DNA of 64,000 nt, taken from positions 1 to 64,000 of the forward strand of contig NW_026918424.1 of the NCBI RefSeq assembly GCF_032062105.1, written 5' to 3'. Below are positions 48,991 to 64,000 of the stretch, in pieces; the stretch's first letter is position 1, and every line of letters begins with the position of its first letter. The stretch comes from Saccostrea cucullata (lineage: Eukaryota). Made by a program: the position numbers and the translations under genes. The notes beneath the pieces were generated by a model. It worked only from the letters and a program-made list of their open reading frames with translations, made no database searches and was not told the origin of the DNA.

Positions 48991-50546
48991 AAATTTACGT
49001 AGAACATGTAGATTATATATCTCTTTGTAAATGTTTGTGATCCTGGTTATCATTCCTGTGATATGTTTTAATGAGATCAGATGAGGACATAAGACTATAG
49101 GACTGTAAATCACATGTTTTATTTCCATGTTAGAAATTTGCCTGTCTTGTTCTTCTAGATACATGGTTGTTTACATGTATTGTTTATTCTTAGGAAACTT
49201 TTTTTTTTTACATTCCAAGAATCTCATTAGATATTGCATTGATCAAATATATTGAGTTGTCTGAGGATATCTTTGTTAAACCTTCTTTTGAGAACTAGTC
49301 ACATTGCTGCTTTTATAAATGTTTATCTTTATGCCATTCATTCCACAAATATGTTAGATACATGTATGTTATTGTTGTGAAGTAAATACTGTATTAAATG
49401 CTGATAAAACAGTAACTAGTGTTCTTTGATTTTTTTTCTTCAAATACAATATTACATTGAAAGACAGTTAAAGCAATAATTTGTTATTACATAAAGCAAT
49501 CAACCCTGAAACAAGGGAAGATAGGGAAATGAGTAGAGTGGTTGCTGAAAAATCCTTTTCTACTTACTGGGAAAATAATCAGCAAACCTTTTGATAAGAA
49601 TGAGGACAACCTGTAATGACTCAATTTTGGAATTTCAAAGTTGCCTCTACCTTTAAGATATTAAAAAGCTTTTAACTCAAACTTTATTGACTCGCTTTGG
49701 TCTTTGACTCATGTTTCAACCAAAGAGTTGGACATTGTGATGAACTCTTATTCCGCAGAAGTGTGGTCAAGACTGAATTATTTAAAAAGTATGTCAAACT
49801 CTAGGGTATTCATATTTCAAAATGCTGGTACCGAAAGAAATCTGTTACAAGAAATATGCTTGGAAACTTGAAAACCCTTGCATAAACTTTTCACAAGTTA
49901 TGGCCGAGGTTAAAGTTTTAACAGAAAGATCAAAAATGATATTCTTCTGAATCTATGATTATCTGAGTATAGAATTTTAAAAAGTGCCTTTTGAATTAAG
50001 ATTTGTTGTTTCAATAAAATATTCCTGAAATTTATTTGCAAACTTGGAGATCCTGCCACAGTAAGAAAAATGCCTTTAAAAAATTGTGTCAAATATATAC
50101 AAATAATTCTAAATGCCACCAAAAATTCATGAAAATGAGTAAAAAATACTGGAAGACATAGAAAGTGATATTTATTCAATGCAGAATCATGTCACAATCA
50201 ACAAGATACATTGGAATGATTGGATGTACTCGTTTCCATATCACTAAGCCTAATAGCATATTTGTACCTGTAACAAGACATCTTGCAAGGTCATCAATGC
50301 TACAAACAATGAGAAATGCTTCAGTTTTACGTCACCGACAGTAATGTACATTTCTTCTGTCAGATTTTGGTGTCCATTTGCAAAATCCAGTTGTTATTAA
50401 AAGACTATCCAGCAAAATAGTCTTTCCTTCAGAACTTTTTCACCAACTGTTTGAGAGACTTGTTCTTAGAAGCACTAAACCATTTACCAATATTTTGCAA
50501 AGTGTTTTTCTTCCCATCAACAATTTAAGTCTCCTTAAGAATATCG

Positions 50547-55632
<5,086 letters not shown>

Positions 55633-58087
55633 ATGACAACAGAACTGGTTAACTTTTGGAGGCGGATTCTCACAAATCTGAGAGTGACAGAACAAAAAAC
55701 ACTAACAAGACAGTATAGAAGGAATAACATATGCTATTTATACATTTGTAATCCGTCTTTGATTCAGAAACTAGCTTGTAAATTTGCTCATTATTTTGAG
55801 TTTGACAACTGGAAAGAAACCAAAAATATGACTGACAGTGACTCAATTTTTGATCCTCCAGAAGCTGTTCGTGGCATGAAAGTTTTAGAAAGAAGTTTAT
55901 TTAGGAAAACTATATCCATTCCAGGAGTTTCAGTTCCTCAGAAGAATATTGGCCGACTTACAAAGGCGTTAAAAAATGAAATTCTGCGCTTTAGATCTAT
56001 TCAACCAGTTGTTGATTTAAATGCTAAAGATGCACATGCAAAGACTCACAAATTAATACTTTTTGATCCACGCAAACTTCAGTCAGTGGATGACTTCAAT
56101 GAGAAACAACGGGATATATTAGAAAAGTTTGATGTTGATGTCGGAAGTTTTTGCTTTTACAATTTTGATATGAAGTATGAGAATTGGGACCATGCAGAAG
56201 TTGTTAAAGCTGTGTTGCCAAAGGAATTAGACACTGTGGCAGGATTTGCAATAGTTGGTCATATTGCTCACTTAAACCTCAGGGAGGGGACCGATGATTA
56301 CAAATACCTAATAGGCAAGTTTGATTTTTAATGTATGGTGAACTGTTTTGTGCAGTTGCTCCTTTGACTTGAGAGCAAGTAATCATAGGAGGATGCAAGT
56401 ACTACAATGTGTGGAAGTGAGACTGTGGAGGGGCAAAACAAGGGAGCAACAGCATGAGGGCAAGGAACTAAAAGAAAATTTAGTTTTGCCCTTACAATAT
56501 TGTGTTAAATCCTTTAATCCCTTTACATTTTCACTTAATTGCATTGTTTTCATTCCTGTATTAACTCCACATTGTTGCTTTAATTGAAGGAAACTAATTG
56601 TGACTGTATACATCCTTCATTTAGCTCATTTGTTGAAAGCTGAATATTGAGAAAAATATAAAAAGTTTTAACCATTTTTTCATTTAGGTCAAGTGATTTT
56701 AGACAAACACAGAATAATCAGGACTGTTGTCAACAAACTGAAGACTATTGACTCCGAATTCAGGAACTTTCAGATGGAGCTTCTAGCTGGGGAGGAGGAT
56801 TACACTGCTACTGTGAAGGAACATGGATGTACATTCACATTTGATTTCTCAAAAGTTTATTGGAATACCAAATTAGGTAATTTGACAGAATGCTGATATT
56901 GCTGTAAATTCATCACATTTTATTAAATTAAATTATATCTTTATGGGTTTTAAAAATCCTCTATCATTATTCAAACATTTTAAGATGTTATATTTGCTTT
57001 CCCAGTTATTTTTTTTTTTTCAGTGTGATTTAATAATCTGATTGTTTAAGTTTTTAATGATAAACAAAAAGTACAAACATATATATTCCATTTGAATCTA
57101 TATTGTGTTTGTTTGTTATTCCATTGGTTGTCTGTTTTCCTAAGCCAGGGAAGAGCAGAGTGGATCAAAAACCATTTACTTGAAAGAAAGTGGTTTTCAC
57201 TAACATATTTTCTTTAACAAACATTATAGTTTTCTTATAGGTTTTCCATTTAATAACAGAAAATGATAAATTAAGACTGTTCACCAGATATTCATATATT
57301 TTCAAATTTTTATTTTCATAGGTACAGAACATAATCTAGTGGCATCTCAGATGCAGGAGAAGGACCTGGTATTTGATGTGTTTGCTGGGGTGGGACCTTT
57401 TGCAGTGCCTTGTGGGAAGAATGGAATTAAAGTGTTTGCAAATGACCTAAATCCAGAATCTTACAAGAGTTTAAAAGTGAATGTGGCTAAAAATGGATCT
57501 AATTGTCAGAACAGTGTTCAGTGTTACAACATGGATGGCAGGGATTTTATAAAGCAGATATTTCTTAAAGAGATGGAAAAGAGGTGGAATGATCCTTCAG
57601 ATCAGAAGGGAGATGTTCATGTCTTGATGAATTTACCAGCACTAGCTGTGGAATTCCTGGACAGCTTTGTGGGACTTTTTACTCATTCAGGATCCAGACC
57701 AAAAGATCACAGTTGTCTGCCCTTTGTTCACTGTTACTATTTCAGCAAGAGTGAGGATCTTGAAAAGGATACTAGAGAGACTGTGGAAAGAGTGTTGAAT
57801 TGTACTCTGGAGGAGTTTAAGATTAGACAGGTCCGTAATGTGGCACCTGGAAAAGAGATGATGTGCATCGAATTCAGAATCCCAGAATCTGTCTTGTTTA
57901 GGGAAAAATTAGAATCAGAAGGTAAAATTTTTCAGCCAGTTTTAATAGCAACGGTGTTGTAACTTTTTCTACTTTTTCTAAATTAAACAGGTTTCTGTAT
58001 GTTTTTGTTCTAATTAGGATCTTGTTTTATTTTCCAGAGGATTGCCCTGCAGCAAAGAAAATTTGCATTCACCATAGCCATGAGTAA
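55633..58087 (+). CDS. TRMT5: tRNA (guanine(37)-N1)-methyltransferase, 506 aa
   Basis: Exons 55633-56314 (GC donor AG|GCAAGT), 56688-56876, 57322-57921 and 58038-58087; 1521 nt in frame. Motifs GHIAHLNLR, FRNFQMELLAGE, FDFSKVYWN, DVFAGVGPFAVP, ANDLNP, MNLPALAVEFL, VRNVAPGKEM; AATAAA at 58165. Confidence 0.95.
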
Positions 58088-59077
58088 ACTTAAAATATTC
58101 TAATTTTCTTCCATTGTCATCAAAATTCCCAACAACAAGGAAATATGTTGTCACTATAACCATGAATAAACTTTTAAAAGATCTGTTTTTTTTCTTTTAT
58201 TGTCTTCAAAACTCAAAGTATAGCATCAGTAGATCCAGGATTTTGTGTTAAAGGGGGTGCTATATTCAGTGGCAGATCCAGGAATTCCATAACGGGGCAC
58301 AGTAGAAGGGGGGGGGGTCTGGGGACAAATAAGAGAAGTTTTTACCTTCATTTTAGGAAAATGGACTTATAATTTCTTCATACAAAAAATTCAAACGGGA
58401 GGGGGTGCGCCGGCCCTGGACCCGCCTTTGATATTAGTTTGCAAAGGATCTAAATTATTTTTGAGGTCCCAAGCAGATCAAGGACAATGTCCAGTGGAGT
58501 CACACAGGCAAAGTCCACATAACTTATGAGATTTTATTTGGCAGATGGTAGATCTATGTTCGACACATTTTTTTTTTCAAAGTGAAATATCTTAATTTAA
58601 GTGCGACAGGGAAAACTTAATCTGATGGAGGCGCATGTCACGAGTGCCACGTTTGAATATACATCAAATCTGTATAGGATTGAATGAAAATGGATATCGT
58701 ATTATCTCCTTTCCCATTTACATAGTTGAAATTGTTAGGGAGTTAAGGTTATGAAATTTTAATGCAAAGGCTCAAAAGAGCTTCTTAAGGTATTATAATC
58801 TGAAATCGAAAGTGTTACGCACAGACTGATGGACGAACAGACAGACCAAAATTAATATCCCCCATTTTCATTAAAGCGGTGGACAATAATGTATGAATAC
58901 TTTTCGTTTATTATACAGTATTTTGTATGAGATTCAGGGATATAGTATTGTTCAAAGGTGCAGTAAGAGAAAAAAATCCAACTTTCCTAAAAAGCCCACA
59001 AGCGAAAAAAAATTGTCATAACTCGCAAAAATACTATTTCATGTTTGTTTGCGTGTACGGGGGTGGGGGAGAGGGTT

Positions 59078-59181
59078 TGATCTCTGTTGAGATTCTGCTG
59101 GGCTAGATACTTGGAATTGACGCCCGCAGATCCAGGTGTCAAGTCCAAATATCTAGCCCAGCAGAATCTCAACAGAGATTA
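59078..59181. mobile_element. 104-bp hairpin MITE with 9-bp TSD
   Basis: ATCTCTGTTGAGATTCTGCTGGGCTAGATA / TATCTAGCCCAGCAGAATCTCAACAGAGAT; GAGAGGGTT at 59069-59077 and 59182-59190. Confidence 0.85.
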
Positions 59182-59854
59182 GAGAGGGTTATGTTTCCCA
59201 TTGGAAATAAGCTCTCGAGCTTTAATGGGTTATCCTGGTATCTATCTAGTCATTTAAATTATTTATTTATAAAATCTTGATTACCAACTTTCATCTTTCA
59301 TAAGATCATGTATAATTATTTGTATTTGTTTTATGTATGATGACATGATACCAAATAAATAGCAAAAATACCATGTTCCACCATATTTCAGTATAAAATT
59401 TATTCATGCACAACGTTTTGCATATTTTCGAAGTGCCGTTTGTTCCACCTTATTTAAATATAAAAAAAATTTCATACACTACATTTGGCATATTTTCGAA
59501 GTGCCGTTGTCACTTGCACCCCGACCCCCCCCCCTCCTCCTCCCACGTGGGCAAAAAAAAAAAATAAAAATAATCGATAGAACGATAGAAAAGTAAATTC
59601 AGTAAAGAGATCATGGATTTTTAAATCTGAATTGGCCTGTTAAGCACTACAAAACTCGTATCCTGTAGTTTTTATAGCTTAAAAACTAAACTGTTTTAGA
59701 ATGAATTAGTATTATTTAGAGAACGAGACAGGTTCTGTATCGCAGATACAAATTTGGGGGGGCGGAGACGAGTGCAAAGCAAAGGGTGTAAGTTTGACAT
59801 ATATATAACCTCCTGCTAAAATGTCCACAACCGATTTCGCTTAGAATTCCCCAT

Positions 59855-59980
59855 CGTCTCAAGCCACGGTCCGGAGTCCGCATATAGCTCAACTCCTACC
59901 CGTGGCCACTGCCAGAATGGGAGAGGGTCGTACATTTTAGCCGTGGTTTGCGACGAAGAGAATTCCCTTAACATGTTCTA
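59855..59980 (-). repeat. Dispersed repeat, inverted homologue of 170-280
   Basis: GAGAGGGTCGTACAT..CCGTGGTTTGCGACGA is the reverse complement of TCGTCGCAAACCACGG..ATGTACGACCCTCTC near 190-225. Confidence 0.7.
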
Positions 59981-60567
59981 TAAGTGTTCCGCAAAAATGT
60001 CCAAACATTTTTTTTTTGCGCTAAAAAGTCCAAGTTTTCCCCTTACAGTAAAACGTCCGGATAATCCGCTAAAATGTCCAACTCCAAACAATTTGATGGA
60101 AAAATGCTCCTTGACTAGGTACCTCACGATCCATTCACTGTACATTAACCCCAAATACTACATCGTTTATTTCGAACGGTCAGGGGGTCAGGACTTACGA
60201 CTGATGTTATGGTTGAACGCCTTACTTTGAGTTTGGTTAGAAAGTTGGGAAGGAGGAGGGAAATGATGTATAATTTGATTTCTGATTGTAAAAAGGAAAA
60301 ATATTAATCAAGGAAATAATTACTTTAAGTTGCTTGATTATGCTAGTGTATAATTCATTCAAGAGTTAAAGCAAGGTGACCTGCTTTGCCTTGTTTTGCA
60401 TTACCTGTCGTTTGTATATACCTGTCGTATAGCAATAATTCAGCTTGTCATTTTGTCACTGCCTCGGTCTGGGTTTGAACATACGTAGCCTGGGGGTTAA
60501 AACTTTCAAACGACCTTCAATTGTATTTTCTGCATCTAGTGGAAGCTAGGTTAATCTTCTCTTAAAG

Positions 60568-63555
60568 ATGGAGAGATTCCTCGCAGTTGCCCTCCTCGTC
60601 GTCTTGTGTTCTGCCTCAGGTAAGTCATTCATATGAATTCTTTTTTTTAATTCCCAAATGATATGATTTCCTTTGAATATTTCGAAGAATTAATATCAAA
60701 ATGATTTTTATGTGACCTTTTCGTGTACTTTTTGAGACAAATCATTTGTTCTCTAAGTTTATAAGCTCTGGGTTTTACTACATCAACATAACATTTGTTA
60801 CAATGAAATTTTCACTTTTGTGAATTGATATACAGACAATTAATACGAGTGTCTCTTTTTTCTCCTTATAATGTGGTGTATCAATTAAAAAAATCCAAAG
60901 GTATATAACCAAAGACCAAAATATAGGTAACGAATATTATAATTTACATGTATATTTATAATGTTTTAAAACCGACTGTATTCTGTAAATTAAATCTACC
61001 GATTCCCCCCCCCCCCCCAAAGTTTCACTGTTAAAATTAAAAGGTCAGTCTATGCTGACCACATGCTACAATGTGAAGCAAGAAAAGTATTAACATTACA
61101 CACATAGAACAGGAAGCAGTTGCAATTTAAAGGTGGAAGGACACAACATTAACCGAACTGAAATGTATTGACAAACAAAGAAAAAAAGGTCATTTGCAGA
61201 TATTGTTATTGAGAGGACACGACTTAAAATTAGTACATGTACTGATTTAATCGTTTATTTTGGCATTTGATTGGGGTGGGGGCATGTCAGACCTAATAAA
61301 CCTTAAATTTAGATTCCACCCTTTAGTGGTTTTACGCGATCTCCTTAAAAAAAATTCAGACAAGGGTCAATGTATTTGGTTGTCATTTTAATTGTCTTTT
61401 AACGAGAGAGAGAGAGAGAGAGAGAGAAGGGACTCAACTACTGAAATTATTTCGGGGGCTTACAGCTCCAGAACAAAAGAGCATACAAAATAGTGGACAG
61501 TGTGTGTCTGTATGTTAAGTAAGTGCATTGTGCTATTTTTATTACAAGTGATGCCTTCAAGCAATTATGTTTTCACATGAATTTTTAATTAATATCGTAA
61601 AGCCTTTTAGTAAATATCCTTAGTCACCTTTGAGGTGTTTTGCGCAATGCAGTCTAATTAGATTCAAAACGTAGGATAAGTCACATAGAATCCTATTTTG
61701 GTGGTAGAAAATGTAAAACAATGTATGAAGTAAATAATATAATTTCTTCCAACCGAATTCTTTTTATTCCACTTTAGCTCACCTGAGCTTTTTTAAACGA
61801 ATATTTTCAGACGTCCGTCTGTCGTGTGTCGTCTGTCAAGTGCATCCGGAACACCTCGGGCCTTTCACAGAAAAACACGTTGTTTTTCTGTGAAAGGCCC
61901 GAGGTGTTCCGGATGCTGTCAAGTGTTGTCTGACAGTCATCGTTTGCTTAATATTTAACTTTGTTCACAGGAAATTCCACAACTTCTTTAAATGGGAGAT
62001 TATTAGAAAAAAAATAGCAAAAGTTTAATGCATGGCATCTTTTAAAAATCATCTCAATAACAACTGGGCCAAAAAAGATAAATTTCAAAGCTTAATTACA
62101 TGTTGATGAAACTGGTTCAAATGATGAGCCTTGGGTTCAGCGTGGGGTCCACAATGGGCGATTTAACTCTTACTTAGAAATACGTGTATAAAGGAAAATC
62201 TTGAAAACCCCTATCCCTATAACACCGAGCAACGACATGATGGCTCATATTAATTTTATATGGTATCATCATCTGATAGCGTAGATTTGTTTTTTTGTTA
62301 TACCCCCCCCCCCCCCCCCGGAGCTTTCATATATCAAATTTTTTACCTCTGAATCTTTAAAAATCCGCATATAGGCCTACTCCTCGATCATGAACAGCAC
62401 ACTAACTAAGCAATGATTGGTCATTTAATGTGGAATTATCTACATGTACAGTTTAAATTCAACCATATTCAAATTATGACCACAGGGGGTGGAGCCACAA
62501 TTGAAGATCAAACTTTTACAGGGGAATATATTAAAGGAAGTCTACAAAAAGCTATTAAAGTCATGATTTGTCATAGAAATATAGAACCATCTTTGGTAAG
62601 TGTAGATTCAAGTTTGCTGAGTTCGTAATCCCCTCCCCTGTCTTTCCCTGGGTAGAAAGGACCTTTAATGCATCCATATTTTATCAATACTGAACTAGTT
62701 TCTACATGTACTTTTCTCTACCCTGTTCAGGTGAGTGATGTGGCCCATGGGCCTCTTGCATCGCTTTATGGTCAGTATCTGACTTATAATACATGAAGGT
62801 TATTTACATGTATCGATATTTTTCAATTTTTGTAAAGGATTTCATGATTATTTAAAAATCAATATTTTTTTTTCAATTTCAGGCCACGCTTTAAATTGCA
62901 TAACCTGTGACTCATTGCAAGACGCACAGTGTGGGGATCCTTTCACAGCTAACCAAGAGAAATATATCGTCAAATGTAAACCAGATGAAACTTACTGTGG
63001 CAAAATCGTTAGCACGGAGGATAGCAAAGCTGGTGAGTGGTTCTTTATAGAACAGAGGTTCAAGTTTTGTAAGGTTAGATTGGAAGAAAAGTCTTTGTCG
63101 AATTACGTGTGGAGGTCGTGTTCGAATTCCATGATTTAATATGTAAAAAAGTTGATATATCTATTCTACATACTGCTTAGCATTCACCAGTGTGTTTGTT
63201 TTATTAAATTCATGTTTTTATAGGGGGAGGGCAAGTATGTAAGAGAAAAATCCCTCAATATATAGCTACTTTCTTCACACCAATTTTTTTTAACATTTCG
63301 TCTGTGATTTCTATATTTTTTGTGAACGAATTATTTTTGTATTTTATAGCACCATTTGTGAAGAGAAGTTGCATTGAAGATCGAAGTAACATAAACTACA
63401 CATGGACACCACCTGCCGAGTGTACAGAACTTAACCAACTGACAACTTGTTACTGCAAATCCAGTAGATGTAATTCTAGTGACAGGAGCGCCATCTGTCT
63501 ACTCTTATTGGCTTTATCAGTTGTTTTTGCTTTCGTGGTCAGAAAAAGTTATTAA
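60568..63555 (+). CDS. GPI-anchored Ly6/uPAR three-finger protein (quiver/sleepless-like family), 135 aa
   Basis: Exons 60568-60619 (signal peptide MERFLAVALLVVLCSAS), 62883-63032 (LNCITCDS..CGDPF..C..C) and 63350-63555 (RSC..C..CYCKSSRCN, then a hydrophobic tail); 10 domain cysteines, phase-1 introns, 408 nt in frame. Confidence 0.9.
61404..61428. repeat. (GA)n microsatellite
   Basis: About 12 GA dinucleotides. Confidence 0.9.
61773..62758 (-). mobile_element. Degenerate HINE/pearl-type element in Ly6 intron 1
   Basis: TTTAGCTCACCTGAGC start, CGTC/TGTC microsatellite, diverged internal units, end CAGGTGAGTGATGTGGCCCATGGGCCTCTTG. Confidence 0.7.
61843..61915. mobile_element. Perfect 73-bp hairpin mini-MITE with 10-bp TSD
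   Basis: 35-bp perfect arms CATCCGGAACACCTCGGGCCTTTCACAGAAAAACA around a CGT loop; CTGTCAAGTG at 61833-61842 and 61916-61925. Confidence 0.9.
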
Positions 63556-64000
63556 AGACACTTTAACATAGAATTTTTAATTTTTTTTTTTCAATATTTT
63601 TAAAAGTTCATTTTTTTAGATCTCAGTATTGTTCACATTATCAAATAAAGTTTTTATATACGGAGCATGATTTTCTTCACCACTGTCAAGATCACCAAAG
63701 TATTACATATGTTTGTTATACAGATCAAAATACAAAGAACTTTCAAATAAACTAGGAAGATGTTTTGTTTTTATTTATCTTTGTTTGTTGTTTGTTTGTT
63801 TTTGTTGTTATTGTTTTGTTTTTGTTGTTTATGTTTGTTTTATTGTTTTAATTATTTTTTTTAATTTTATTTATCTATTTATTGGGGGGGGGGGGGTTCC
63901 TTCAGTTGCTAAATATCGAACACATTTGTATTATTTGCTAAGTTTTTTCATCAGGTACTTCAAAAAATCCGGCAGTACGGGATATATTCTAATTTGAAAA

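Noticed and set aside
60568-63555. Functional pairing of the quiver-like Ly6 gene with the nearby K2P channel
   Set aside because: Quiver regulates Shaker-type channels, the Ly6 family is large, and two unrelated genes lie between; proximity alone is not evidence.

Overview
AT-rich, intron-containing eukaryotic genomic DNA. It is almost certainly bivalve and probably an oyster, inferred from the RING-less B-box/NHL TRIM gene, HINE/pearl-type satellite-carrying elements and tRNA-derived SINEs. I rebuilt gene models by hand from ORFs, splice sites and exon phases. Left half: a tandem cluster of three small secreted signal-peptide/PAN/kringle genes with no protease domain, i.e. the HGF NK1, NK1 and NK2 architectures. 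Copy 1 is a pseudogene. Copy 3 hosts an antisense TRIM gene with a single coding exon in its first intron. Right half: LRR1 (-), a TWIK-family K2P channel (+) with two alternative M1/cap-coding first exons, MNAT1 (-) head-to-head with TRMT5 (+, one GC-AG intron), and a GPI-anchored Ly6/three-finger (quiver-like) gene. Introns and spacers are full of nested non-autonomous transposons. Most unusual observations: (1) tandem amplification of the exon-end plus splice donor in three consecutive genes, including about 21 in-frame 30-bp copies in the K2P gene; (2) the standalone NK1/NK2-like cluster; (3) three sequence-unrelated hairpin elements that each carry an internal complement of their own circle junction; (4) RFX X-box arrays inside satellites and a MITE; (5) a CAC-ended element with a 5-bp TSD (Transib-like) inserted at an ISRE-bearing putative TRIM promoter. 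No database searches were run; family names come from recognised motifs.
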